Shown piece after piece: positions 23,790 through 36,716 of a stretch of DNA of 64,000 bases (positions within the stretch are counted from its first letter, which is position 1; each line of letters starts with the position of its first letter). A program made the translations under genes and the position numbers. The DNA lies in NCBI RefSeq assembly GCF_006345805.1, contig NC_043001.1:68634001-68698000 (forward strand), read 5' to 3'. The DNA comes from Octopus sinensis. Lineage: Eukaryota. The notes under the pieces are model-generated. The model did not search any database and was not told the origin of the DNA. It saw nothing but the letters and a program-made list of their open reading frames with translations.

Positions 23790-24600
23790 ATAATTGAACG
23801 CCACGCATCCATTTCCAAGTAAGTTCCTTAATAATTTCGATGCGCCTCTACCCTGTACTGTTCTCTCTCTCCGTCCTCACTTCTTCCGTTCTTAATGGAT
23901 CTACGGAATGGACCCGGGCTTCCTCTTCCGACTCAATCCTGACCTCGATCGTTGCAAGCCGCCTTCTTGTTGATACATATTTTATCTTATTCCATATCGT
24001 TTGAGGCATTTTTCTACTTTATCCTCCATAACGTTGTCAATTTTTCTTTCTTTAACCTTTATATGTCTTTAAAATCAATGTTTTCTTTTCTAACTCATGT
24101 TGAATGCTCTTTGGAAGGGCCATTTTTATATCATGCCCCTCCCTTGTTAACATTTTGTTATGTTCTTCGATGTTGCTAAGGTTAATTTTTTCACTTTGGT
24201 TCCCGCCGCAGCGGCGAAGTCAAGCTGTTTTTTTTTGTCTGTTTTTTCTTTTCTCTCTTCTACTTTTCTTTTCGTTAGTAGACTCGGTACATCGACATTC
24301 CTTCTCGAAGTTGACGGCTTCATTATTTTTTGTTCATGTGTGCTATTCCTCCTCATACACGGACTCATTTCCTCAGAATCTTCTTCAGGACGTGATTCTA
24401 CACTCTTCTTCATGAGTTCCTTCACCTCGACTTGTTGCTTCTTCAGACTAGCCATAATACTGGCTCCCCTGCACGGGGAAAAACAACAGTTATTTTAACG
24501 ACTTAACAGCAACAATGTTCAAATAAATGTTCAACAATAACCATATAATTTTAACAGCCGACATCTTCACTAACAATAACACAATCCCAAAATAATAACT
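23790..24600 (-). mobile_element. 5'UTR and ORF1 N-terminus of a probable Tx1/L1-like LINE, frameshifted and truncated by the (TA)n array
   Basis: ORF 24147-24455 'MASLKKQQ..QLDFAAAAG', continuing in another frame as 'VEKCLKRYG..TIEVRIESEEEAR..LRTEE'. ORF1-like composition; lies head-to-tail with the Tx1 ORF2 piece. Confidence 0.5.
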
Positions 24601-24619
24601 CCAACTCACAAAATCCTAA

Positions 24620-24720
24620 CCAAGCGTTTCGTTGATATCGTGAGCAGTTTCAGCTGCTTTACGTCCTTTTTCGAAGTTAAATAACAAAATTGCTCGAATA
24701 TCGCGCTTTGACAGTTCCAT
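24620..24720 (-). mobile_element. Mariner transposase N-terminal fragment
   Basis: Translates as MELSKRDIRAILLFNFEKGRKAAETAHDINETL, homologous to the start of the transposase at 59492. Confidence 0.75.
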
Positions 24721-24829
24721 TTTAGATGACAGTAAAAATTTCTTTATTTGTCCATAAAGGACGAATATAGAGGGGTACGAACATGGACACCACAATACAT
24801 AACGTTTGTAACAATGAAATCGTAATTAA

Positions 24830-27372
24830 AAATTCAAAAAATATGAAAAATCGGGATAGATATAGAAAGATGAAATCGAATATAAAAATAGATATGGAGT
24901 TCTAATCAACCCACCGGTTGTTTTCTCTTTCTTTTTTCTTGTTTTTTCCTCTTCCCCTCTAGAACCCGCTATACCAGCTCGACACCTTCCACTCGCATCA
25001 TTCTTACAACAGGCGTTCATCTTTTTCGAAACAAACCTTGAGACAGGAACTTCCTCTCCAGACGGATCTTACTTCGCATGTGATAGTTAAAATAACTAAT
25101 CAACCTGCATCCAGAGATGAATTTACCTGTCTCAGTTCCTCTTCTACGCGTCATCCATACTGTGTCTTTCAGTATGGCCACTACGCAGAAGAACTGGTAA
25201 AGCCCCTTCATAGATCAACCAAGCCAGGGATTTCTGGAAATTATCCATGTACTCCGGCCCGAATGTCCTACCGAAGAGACTGGTAAATTGGTCTTCATTG
25301 TAGCCTAGAGTTTCCCCTAGGACGTCATCAGACTTAGCCACTGCTAACCTGCTATAGAAGTCCGCAGTGGTAGCCTCGATGCCAGTATTTCTCACCCGAG
25401 AGAACAGCGTAAGTGCCTGTCTGCACTCATTGCTCCAATCACCCATTCTAGGTCTCCGCGTGATCCATGGACCCAAGTCCCGCAGGAGCTCCAGTTGCGG
25501 AAAGAAGAACTTGACGTGCGGAGACCACACCCATTCACCATCCAAGTAAAGGCAGAGATATTTCAATCTCAACGCAAATTTGCACATCATCAGCCAAGTC
25601 ATCTCTAACCCACCGTTTAATGGCTTTTGGTAGCAGATAGAGCGCCTCACAAGTGGTGGTCTTCCACTCCACAAAAAGCGGAATAGAAGCCATTCCAACT
25701 TGTTCAGCCATAAATTGGGGCTAGGCACCGCGGTCAGGCGATAGGTTATCACAGATGCCATAAACACCTGTGCAACATCCGCCCTCCCTAGCAAGGATAA
25801 CGTCAATCCAGACCAGGTCTGGGTTAGAGCAGTCACCTTGCCTGTGACGTCACTCCAACTTTTCTCTATCTGGAGGTCTAAACCGAAACAGACCCCAAGA
25901 GATTTAACAGGACTCTCAGTCCAGCGACCCATGATGATGTTGGAAAGATTTGGCATGTCTCTCCAGGTGCCGAGCTACAAACCAACTGATTTTTCCTGGT
26001 TAATTTTTGCACCTTTTACCGTCTCGAATCTTTTGATGGCGTCTTCTACCAAAGGTAGCTGTCCTTCGTCCGACACGATTATGGTGACATCGTCCGCGTA
26101 CGCCGTCGCGCCTCTTCCGTAACACAGACCACGAGGATCGCCCCCAGTCGCCTCCAGCCTCCGCAGAAATGATTCAAGAGCCAGTACGTACAGAAGAGTA
26201 GACAGAGGACAACCCTGTCGAACTGAACGCTCAAACGCAAACGGCTTCGAGAAAAACCGTTCACCCGGACCACAGACTCGATGTTGCTATAGATAGCGCT
26301 GATCCAGCCATGAAAGGTCGTCCCCAGTCTAGCCGCCGCAAGGACAGCCTCCAGATACCGATGGTCCACCCTATCGAATGCCTTAGACTGGTCCAAATTC
26401 ACCAGTGCACCACCCTTGTCAGGAACTTTACTAACCCAATTTAAGGTGTAGCGTATGAGGTGAAGGTTGTCGTGTATCGTCCTTCTTGGGATGGTACAGG
26501 TTTGCGCCTCCCCAAAGTGGTCGTCGCCGACAACTCTAACTCCCTTGGCTAACACCTTGGCCAAAATCTTTAACTCTGTATTTGACTGAGTTATGGGCCG
26601 GAAATCTCTCTCTATATAAACGGCAGTTTGTCTGTGTGTGTTTCTGTGTGTCTGTTTGGTTGTACCCTCACCCTGACCACGGCTTTCAACCGATTCTGAT
26701 GAAACTTGACACACACATAGCCCAATGTCATAATTCAAAACTAACGCAGCGAAAATTTTGAAAAGTTGCCCCAGTTCTGAAAAAGATCGATAAATTCGAC
26801 ATGGGGTCGAGAATCAGAAACACAAACCACAGATGGTCTAGGGGACGCAACTCGACCTTTTTAACTATCAAAAAAAATTTACCATCATTTTTTTCCCATT
26901 TTTTTGCTATTTTTTGGCTATAACTCTAAAAATGCTTTATAGTTATTTCCCTTACAAACCTGAGCAACGCCGGGCGATACTGCTAGTTATTAATAATACC
27001 CCACTTGTTCGAGTCTTTCCTGACTAGTGTCACAACTCCCCGGTTCACAGATTTGGAAATACTCCCATTCTGCTGCCAGTTCGTGTAAAGACCAGCCAGT
27101 ATTTCCCCGAACAAGTCTGGCATACTTTTATAAAATTCGTAAGGCAAACCAACAAGTCCCGAATACCTATCCCCGGGGCACTAAGAAAGTACCTCCTTGA
27201 CCACCGCAGCTATGATCGGCTTTTCACAGCGCTCAGCATCACGTGCCGTGATTCGCGGTCAACCAGCCAGGAAATCCCGTAAAACATCCCCATGATCCAG
27301 TGTCCCGCTCCTCGCAAACAACGCGGCAAAGTGCTCGTAAAACGCATCACACATCTCATCCTGTCCTTGTAA
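24830..27372 (-). mobile_element. Tx1/L1-like LINE, ORF2 3' part (RT plus zf-RVT) and 3'UTR, decayed, interrupted by a Helitron
   Basis: ORFs 25144-25956 and 26079-26738: 'NTELKILAKVLA', 'GALVNLDQSKAFDRVDH', 'AYADDV'. Collinear with 61933-63909. Confidence 0.9.
26605..26986 (+). mobile_element. Non-autonomous Helitron (~380 bp)
   Basis: Starts with TC, ends with CTAG, has a subterminal GC hairpin (cctgagcaacgccggg), sits between host A26604 and T26987 with no TSD, and the LINE frame resumes on both sides. Confidence 0.85.
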
Positions 27373-27611
27373 CAACGGTTAAAAGATATGAATGTTAATT
27401 TAATAATGTATTTGGGCAAGTCTACGTCTGCATTATAAGACAATTGCCAAAAAATGTTTAAAAAATTCAAAACTCTTCAAAAATCCGGTTCTTCATGTTC
27501 AAAACCTTCTTCAAGTTTCAAAATGTTGCTTACTTTTTACACAACCTGATTTATGTGAGTTTGTGTGTGTGCGCGCGTGTACCTGTGTGTGTGCTTATAC
27601 ATATGTATAAG
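27369..27611. repeat. Unclassified dispersed repeat, copy 1
   Basis: About 190 bp closely similar to 32813-33000, followed by (TG)n and 'gtgcttata'. Confidence 0.85.
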
Positions 27612-27639
27612 ATTTTTTTGCGTAATAAGATAAAAGAGC

Positions 27640-28100
27640 AAGGCTGTATAGCTATTAGAGCATTTATAGATAGAAGGTCTTACAGCTGTTTCTAGGATAT
27701 TTATTAATTATATCCCTTCATCGGAGACGGTGTGAGAGGAAAAATTAAGTCATAGTTAGTTTAGATGTGAGGTGGAGGAAAGAAAATAGATGCAAGATAT
27801 GTATGGGTATTGAAGTTGTAAATCCATTTTTTAGACATAATGGTATATATGCAATATTCCAATATCCTATGAGTAAAGTCCAAAAGCCCAACTGAGTTTA
27901 AAATGAGTCCTTCCAAATATAGAGTTTATAAGCAATGTAAGATTCCCTTATGAGTGAGATCAGGCAGATTTTTAAACTTGGTCAGTCCCAGTAGAGAAGT
28001 TATATAGAGTGTTGCAGAGTCAAAGGTTTTTATTTAGAGTGACCTAAAAATAGGGAGTGTATTAGTAAGGTCAAATCGAAAACAGGAAGAGAGGAGTGAA
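27640..28100 (-). mobile_element. Penelope-like terminal region (pLTR-like)
   Basis: Contains a hammerhead motif, with flanks similar to 15670-15700. Confidence 0.45.
27677..27728 (-). ncRNA. Minimal type I hammerhead motif, degenerate (U4C)
   Basis: Minus strand reads GTCT-CCGATGA-aGGGATAT aattaataa ATATCCTa-GAAAC-AGCT-GTA^AGAC. Confidence 0.72.
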
Positions 28101-28125
28101 GAAAGAGAAAAAAAAGAAAAGAAAG

Positions 28126-28158
<33 letters not shown>

Positions 28159-29359
28159 AATACATATAAATTGCACTTAATGTTTGAAGCTGTGATGAAG
28201 TTGTAAGGTGTTACTCAGACACTCGACTTTTATTTCTTCGTCATGTCTTGCTTTATGTATGTACATATTCACCATTTCATTTAAGCTATTTATTTATCAG
28301 TCAATTATCAACAAATCATAAATTATACAAGTGTTGTTTTCTTTGACTCCGGTGAGGAGTTTATTTTTCAATTGTCTTAACTGTCAACACAACACAAACA
28401 ATAGTACAAATAAACAACTGGGGAGGAACATGAAAAAGCAAATAACAAATAAATGAAATATAATATAGATTAAAAGAAGACAATTATAGTGTCTATAACA
28501 GACACAATACCTTCGATTTTCTTTTGTAGGTCAGAGTATATTGATTTTACTCTTAATCGATGTTGGTTATCGTCAAGAGAACTCCTCAATGAGCTTTTTT
28601 ATGAAACTAATAACTATAGAAGAATTAATTCTGCAGCATATTCATAAGTCAAATGTTTAAGGCCCACATGACATAAAGATATTTGAAATGTAAATGTATG
28701 TTGTATGGTCACACGGACCAGAGTTCTTAAGAACAATTAATTATTATGTTCTGATAATGTCTCTCTGCAGGCATCACTGGTTAACTGTGTAACACTTGTG
28801 ATGCATGTAATGTCAGTGGTACATCACTGACGTCACATGTGTTGTGGAAACAACAGAACAACTTCAGAGATATTTAGAATGTTGAAATATTTAACAGCTT
28901 CTTGTTGGTTTCAACCTAATAAAGGTAATATATTAATTTCGTTTTTACTTTCACATGTTTGAGACATTTTCACTTTGAGTATGATTGCTTGTGTACACAT
29001 TATCATTGACCCACCACGGGATCAAATCCTGGTTATGGTGCAAGAAACCCAACTTTTGACGAGTTGGATGGTCATAGCGTAATGTGAAAAGAAATTATTA
29101 CCCATGCAAACGTACCCAAGTAATTTATTGTTATGTCCAATATTTTCCGTAGAAACAATGGATACACACCGAACATATAGAGGAGAATACTTTCTCTTGA
29201 GGTAGCAACCTCTTCCAGCTTCTACTTTTCTCGCTATCTATAAAACAGTTTTCATTTTCAGCACCCGAGAATTGGTTAAAATATCTTCTTCAGAAATGGA
29301 AATGTTCTCGGTTCCGTCTAGGTCACCAGATATGTACTAATACATAGACACAACAAAAT

Positions 29360-29535
29360 CCCCTGGGGAGAAGGATCGTCGATTATATCAACCTCAGCAC
29401 CTAACTGTTGCTTATTTTATCGACCTCGAAAGATGAGAGGCAAAGTCAACTTTGGCGAAATTTGAACAGAAGACGGACGAAATACCGCTAAGCACTTTGT
29501 CCGGTGTGCAAACGAGTCTACTAGCTAACCCCTTG
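29360..29535 (-). mobile_element. SINE family B
   Basis: 'gtcgattatatcaacc..tttatcgacctcgaaagatgagaggcaaagtcaactttggcgaaatttgaac..gacgaaataccgctaagc'. Confidence 0.75.
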
Positions 29536-29954
29536 AATACTAGTAAATAATGATTGCCAAAATGTTGGAGAGAACATAGTTTATTTCATTAAAACTAAGG
29601 TCAAATTTAACCAAATATGATTTATTGTAGAAATAGTGGCTTATTGGCAGAATTGCTGAAACGTTTGATAGATTGCTTTACCTAAAGTACCAATCCTGCT
29701 CTTCGATCGATCCTTCACTTTCTGTAACTCTTTCTTTCTGTCTTTCTCTTTTTCTTCTTCTGGAAGTAAACGACTCTGATCAGACCTCGATAGTGATGGA
29801 CTCCGCCAAGTCTACTTTACTCATGACAAGCTATCCGTCACGATGGCTCACCTACAACACATCCAAAGAGTTAAAGGACGTATGGCATGGTATTTTAGAA
29901 CAGCGCAATACAGACGACAGAATGAAAATTGAATTAAATATATAACACAAAGTA

Positions 29955-30112
29955 AGGCGGTGAACTGGCAGAATTAACACGACGGGTAAAATATTTAGCA
30001 GCATTAAGTCAGTCTTTACGTTCTAAATTCACCCAACTCCGAGCTCGACTTTGCGTTTGATCCTCTCGGGGGTCGTTAAAATAATTACTAGGTGAGTACT
30101 GGAGTCGATATT
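29955..30112 (+). mobile_element. SINE family B
   Basis: 'aaggcggtgaactggcagaa..gtctttacgttct..ctcgactttgcgtttgatcctctcgggggtcg' is the reverse complement of the family B copies. Confidence 0.75.
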
Positions 30113-31359
30113 GAAACCAATATATAGCGCAAAACATTTTCAATACAGTTCATTTTATAATTTAAAAATATATTGTAATTTTTATTACAATAAACTATAA
30201 TATGAAGTTCAGTAGGCTGGACTGATATATAGGGCGGCGGACAATAGCCGTGTTGTATTTACTGATATCACTTCACGCTGTACGTTCAAATCTCTCTCAA
30301 GATGATTTTATTTTATCCTTACGAAGTTGATAAATTAGATTACCTGTAAAATCTGGCATTAACGTAACTAATTATAATTCTTAGTATTGTTGCTTCACTT
30401 TTAATCAATGTATTTATTTCATTAGTGTTGTGCTGTGCTTCTAGTATTGTCTTCTGAGCAGGACAACTGAAAAAAAAACAAAGGTATAATACTTTTGGAC
30501 ACAGCACATAACCAGTTTTATCAAGGTAAACAACGTAACTCAGAGCTTTAAACTGAACTCAGAGCTTTAAATTGAAAATAACGCCAAGAATTTGGTAGTT
30601 TTAATGATTGCTTCAAGTATTTTTCTTTGCTCTTTTGATTTTGACAATGAAAAGGGAGGGAGAGGATGACGAAAGCCACTACAATACATGTAATATGATA
30701 ACTTCTGAAGTGGTATTAGGGAAATGTGGCAAAGCAACAACAAGTGGTTTCCTATTGTATTACACTTATTCCAGTCAAATTTTTAATTTCAGCCAGATTA
30801 ATTAACTGAGAAAAATGAAATGTCCAGCAACAAAAATACAAGAAAAATCTTGCAAAACAATTACACAGCAACAATAACATGGAAAGAATCCTAAAATTAC
30901 AAAAGAGAGAGAAACAATGAGTATCATTTTGTCTTTTCCCCCAAAGGGCAAACAACGTTTGTATGACAAGAGAAGCTGAAATATAATCGCTTATGGGTTT
31001 CGGTATTTTAGGTAGATTTTGTGGTGTTTCGATATTTTTATGTTGCATTGTATTTAAAATTAATTTGTTCAACGAAAAGGAGACGCAAACAATAATTGTA
31101 AAGATACAGTAACTGAGATTGTCTTGCGTCGAAAGGAAAAGAACTATATTAACGATATGATACCCGCGTTAGACACACACACACAGGTTAATGTATATGA
31201 GATAAAGACGGATTAGATACCAAGAATCGTGGTTTCGATTGGGTGAGCGTCTGGATGATGTAGCACATTTTCATTTGTAATATTTATAATATTTGTTATA
31301 TATCGTGGGTTTGTTTTTCAAATTTTCAAGAAAGATTTTAAGCTATACATGTGCCAAGT

Positions 31360-33965
31360 GAAATTAATGTAAATGGCATTTGATGAGCGCATGTATCCCT
31401 GCTTCATTGCTTCTTAACAGGTCAATATATTCAACAAAGTGCAGTTTGGAAATGGGTCGTCCTCCAATAGAAACAGAGGGGTGAAGGAATTGAAGTGTCT
31501 CCTGCATTATGTTGTTCAGGAAGACGTTGTAAAACACTGGAGGAAGAAGCCATCCTTGTCGAACATCCACTGTGGTCCTGAAGAATTTTCCGATGTAATT
31601 GTTCAGGACAACTGCGATGCTTGTATTTTCATACAGTGCTTAGATTACTTCGATTAGGTAGTTCTCAAAATTGTAATTCTTCGTTAACTGCCAAAACACA
31701 TCATGCCAAACACAGTCAAAGGCCTTTTTGAAGTCGATGTTGTGAAAGAGTTCAGACTGGTGTTGTAGATGTTTCTCAGCGAGCTGCCTAGTGTTAAATA
31801 TTTGTCCACGGTAATCATTTTGGGCCTCAACCCTGCCAGTTTTTTTTTTTACAAGGATTTATTCTGCTTTCCTCTTAAGTCTGTTTGCAAGAACTCTCGC
31901 GTGGTTAATTCTAGCAGAAACTTAAGTTGCTTTTCTTGGTAAAGAGTATCATCAACTGTCGGGTCCATTTCTTTGCCCACTGAATCGTTTTCCATATCGT
32001 CTGAGAGGTAACGGTTAGTGCTTTGATAAGCTTCAACTCTCCATGTTTTAGAAGCTCTCCTGGGGATTTCCCAACTTTGAGCATGCATACTGCTCTTCGA
32101 CTTCTTCCTGGAAAATTAGAGTATCTCCAAGTTCTCTGTTATTATTGTTTTTTAGATATTGTCTAAGATGTTGCCGTCATATATTTCTAAAGGTCTTTAC
32201 AATACTCAGACTATCATTTTATAATATTATTCTCGTCTGTGAGTTGCTGGCATGGTTTGTTCTAAATGAAATTGGTGTGTTTCTTTCTTTTCGTTAAGAT
32301 TTTGAGCTTCATATGCAACTTTGTTGTTGCTCTTCTTTATGCCAGCTTTTATGACATTGATTTTGTACAGTTCTGCTATCCATTCCTCTTTGGCTTCCCA
32401 TATTTATTCTTAACATTCCTATTCACAGTATTGTATAGCAGACTTGGCTCCTGACCTTTTAGCTTGGTCTTCCTCAGGCACTATCTTAAATTACAGAGAT
32501 GTAAGTTATCCTCATTGATCCCCGGTTCCTTTTTCTTTCTCCCTAGCACATCCGGAGTCATTTCCTGTAGCACCTCATTGATGTTGTCGGTTAGGGAGTT
32601 TATATCATCTTCCAGAACGCTAAGAGCTGCAGACCTGAGATCTTTCTGTCCAAATTCAAACCTTATTCGTGGGTCTCTTTGAGTTTGAGCATCATTGTTA
32701 TCATGACAAAATTATGATCACTGTTAACATCCACACCGAGAAAAGTCTTAGTCTTAACCCTGTTGATGTGAAATTTGAACTTTTGAGGTGCGAGGATGAA
32801 GTGATCTTGGTTGTAAAAACGGTGAAAAGATATGACTGTTAATTTAATGATGTATTTGGGCAAGTCTATGCCTGTATTATCAGACAATTGCCAAAAAATG
32901 TTTTAAAAATTCAAAACTCTTTAAAAATCCGGTTCTTCATGTTCAAAACTTTCTTCAAGGTTCAAAATGTTGCTTACTTTTTACACAACCTGATTTTATG
33001 TGTGTTTGTGTGTGTGAGTGTGTGTGTGTGTATGTGTGTGTGCGTGCGTGTGCGCGTATGTGTGCGTGTGTGTGTGTGTGTGAGTGTGTGCACGCGTTCT
33101 GTGCGTGTGCTTATATATATATATAAAAGACGTGATGCTGGGTGTATGCGCGTGATTTTGTGTGGTAACAATGTGTTGGCTAGGATCAGCTTGTCTTTGT
33201 TAACAATTACTGGGACTCGCAATCTATAATCGTTGGTTTCTCTGATCCCTAATCGTCCACCCTCCCAGCCCTTTGGTCATATGCTTTCAGGACCATTTTG
33301 GTATTCCAATCTCCTAGGAGATTGAGGACATCTTTTGTAGCAGCTGCCCTGGTAATTTTCTCCGGGTCATCATACAAATCCTCAACGACGTCTCATCATA
33401 TTCAAGCGATATTGCATGGAGTTGTATGATAATAATATTCTGTGGGCTTGTAGCCGTCTTTATCTGTGGTTGTCTCACCAAATCCAGTCTACTTGACTTC
33501 AGCCAGCCCTAGGATATCTCAGGTGTACCTGTTAGTTGAGTAAGTTGTTTCGCCCTTGCATATGCATTTTGAGTATAGACGCTCCATGTCCCAAAGACAG
33601 TATTGTCACTGGGAAGGCTGGAGTTTGGTGTCTTTGTCTCTGCTGTGGTCGTCATCCCAGTTGCATATTGTTCACCTCCATCCAGGAAAGTAGCAGTGTT
33701 GAGCGCGATCGTTAATTTCCCGGGCCTCGACGATCTGGCATCTTAAGTCTTATTTGTTTGTCAATTATGGCATTTCAGTGGGCCCTAGAAATTCTTGGCG
33801 GAGCCCATCACCTTTCCATGCGTTCAATTCCTCACTAAGTTTAGTTTGCCAGCCGAAGCAGTTAACAGGGTGAGGTTGCGAATGATCTCGGAGCAAAAAG
33901 TGTGGGCAAGAATAGAACCAGTTTACCCGTCTACCTTTAAGGATGCTGCTACCGGAAACTAAGGT
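31360..33965 (-). mobile_element. Second RTE-clade LINE subfamily, decayed, with 5'UTR
   Basis: 'DVRQGWLLPPVFYNVFLNNIM..ISKLHF' (RT); 'HFILAPQKF..DVNSDHNFV' and 'LILANTLLPHK' (EN). Many stops. Confidence 0.8.
32813..33125. repeat. Unclassified dispersed repeat, copy 2, inserted in the RTE endonuclease region
   Basis: Matches 27369-27611. The RTE frame is interrupted between 'NQDHFILAP' and 'ANTLLPHK'. Confidence 0.85.
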
Positions 33966-34379
33966 ATTATATCTACTCAAACACGCACCCCCCACGCATA
34001 CACACACGTACACGCACATGCACACACACGCAAAAACACATACACACACGCATACATGTAAGACGTGTGTGTGTGAGAGACCGAGATAGTTCGAGAGAGA
34101 GCGAGCGAGTGGTAAATTAAGGTTATTATTTTAAAGCAAGTTTAGGAGTAATAACAGTTCCACATGGAGAAACAGACTCAACAACTGAGAGTGAAATCGA
34201 ATTAGATAATAATGTTCATGTTAACTGGAATTTTGTTTCACATGACGTCTTCGAGTAGTTTATGAATAAGTATATTTATCTATACGAGTTTTTCTCTCTC
34301 TCATTCTCCCTGTCTCCCCTATCTCTGTTTTCCCCCTCTCTCTCTATCAATTTATTAGTATCTCTATCTCTCGATCTCT

Positions 34380-34609
34380 ATGCATATACAGACGCAGGCA
34401 CACGCGCGCGTGCACACACACACACACACATCACACACATATGCTTATATGTATGTATATATATATGATATACATTCGTACATATATACAAATACATGTG
34501 TACATGTGTGTATAAATATATACATATATATATATATATGTATGTATGTATGTGTGTGTCTATGTATATACATATGCATACACATACATACATACATACA
34601 TACATACAT

Positions 34610-34642
<33 letters not shown>

Positions 34643-34700
34643 TAATATATATATATATATATATATAAAGCATGTACACATGCAATTTCATCTGCCTGTA
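34380..34700. repeat. Compound (CA)/(TA)/(CATA)n microsatellite
   Basis: Seen directly. Confidence 0.9.
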
Positions 34701-35789
34701 TATTTATTGTATCTTGTGTGGGTCTTCGTTTCTCATATAACGTCAACAATGGACAGCTATACAACAGCCAATACTTCGATGGAAAGGTCATATGCATTCA
34801 TTTTTTCATTCAACCACTAGTGTCATTATCATGTTCTCAGAATTAATTAAGAAACCATAAAATTATATTCAATATAGTTTTTTTCAAAATGATGTAAAAG
34901 TCAATATAGACACAGGATTTCAAAGTGACATTTGACAACAAAACTTGACTTGATGCAATATAATATCCGTATCTTTTCAATGCTGTGACTTCCCATCTCT
35001 TTCTAACATTTAATATTATCATCAATATTGTGTGTTTTCATTTATTTGTGATTTTATTGTAGTTAAATCTATATATTGAATGTGTACTTTGGTTGGTCGG
35101 TATTTTAGTTACCTGCTTGGTATTTGAGATATTCAATAAGGACACACTAATAAAACAGCTTCGAAGTTTTATTTCTCAATGAATAATTTAGCTTGTGAGT
35201 TGGGATATATTTCATGGCTGTCCATTTTGTTGTTGGGGCAGAGGATAATGTTGTTGTTGTTGTTATTGTTGTGTTATTTATGCTTTTGTTATTACTTAAA
35301 AACGCAATCATTGTTCAATCTCATTCAATGTTTCTTAGTTTTGTATAAAATTTTTCTACTTGCAGTTTTATTTTTATTTGCAATTGACAGCCACTTTCGT
35401 TTGGTTGCTTTTGTTGTTGTTTTCATTATTGTTCCGATTTTTTTCTCTCTGATCACATTATTGTTATCGTGCGTATCCTTGTTCTTCTTCATGGTCTTCT
35501 CGTTGTTTCAGTGCTCCACGGAGTTGTTCAACGTGTCTTCTTTTGTTGTCATTTTCATATTGAAATAGAAATAATAAAGATATCTGATCCTGAAGTCAGC
35601 CTTTGTGATCAATGGACGAGGAAAATATTGGCGATATGAACAAAACCAGTTTTATCTTTCGCTGGCTCATTCCTTCCCTTTTACCTCCTACTTTCACCTT
35701 CATTTGCTTTCTTCAATCTTACTTTCATTACATTCTAGCTCATTTCTGACCACAATTTATTTTCTATTTTTGCATGATATTATACATGC

Positions 35790-35806
35790 ATACATGCATA
35801 TATATA

Positions 35807-35887
<81 letters not shown>

Positions 35888-35989
35888 CATATATACATAC
35901 AGAATGTGAAATATAATAAAATATAATATAATACAATATTGTATATATATATGTATTATATTTAAATATATATATTATTATATATACAC

Positions 35990-36030
<41 letters not shown>

Positions 36031-36093
36031 AGCATTCTTCGTTTTAATGCCGTCATTATTTAACCACCGCCATCATCATTATTATCATCATCG

Positions 36094-36165
<72 letters not shown>

Positions 36166-36180
36166 ACATCATCATCATTA
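35790..36180. repeat. (TA)n followed by (CAT)n array
   Basis: Seen directly. Confidence 0.9.
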
Positions 36181-36716
36181 CAAACAGTACTATGTTTTCT
36201 GGAAGAATCCTCAATGCCTATTTGGTCTGCTATTAGAGTGCGTCATTTGGATGAGAAAACTATTTGATGAGGAAAACTTGTGAGAAGGAGAAGTTGAAAG
36301 TAATAATAAATGATAACTTATGGGAACATTATAGCTTAAAAAACACAGAAACTACTAACTTTATGAAGATATGATAAACAAGAAGAGTTTATTAAGATTC
36401 CGCAACAAAGGAGATCATTGACGAGAAGTTATAAATTCTTGGTGAATTGGTAACATTGATATAATTCCTTGGTGAACCAATTCCAGAAGATTTATTCTTT
36501 CTTTCCATACTTTGTCATCTTTTAGAATTCCTGTTTATTGCTGTTATGGCAAAGAATAACACTGTAGCAGACTTTCATTTTGGAGCTGAGATTGTATTAA
36601 GTGCACAATTTACTACATCCTATTATTCAGCGATATTTCGATGTTACTATCCAATGGCAATGATGATGATGATGATGACGATGACGACGACGATGATGAT
36701 GATAGTAATAATTATC

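Noticed and set aside
30538-30575. Short direct repeats (aactcagagctttaaa x2; a similar ~32-bp duplication at 60468-60530)
   Set aside because: Ordinary local slippage duplications.
33780-33965. Possible HDV-like ribozyme in the RTE 5'UTR (CCTCAC/GTGAGG pairing on the minus strand)
   Set aside because: P1, P3 and P1.1 could not be assigned by eye; needs an RNAMotif/Infernal scan.
35179-35568. 129-aa hydrophobic ORF and its A-rich antisense frames
   Set aside because: Low-complexity T-rich sequence; the antisense frames have multiple stops.
36047-36283. Poly-His, poly-Ile, poly-Asp and poly-Asn ORFs (also 36.9-37.2, 40.3-40.7, 40.9-41.3 and 41.9-42.1 kb)
   Set aside because: Trinucleotide repeats (CAT/TAA/GAT).
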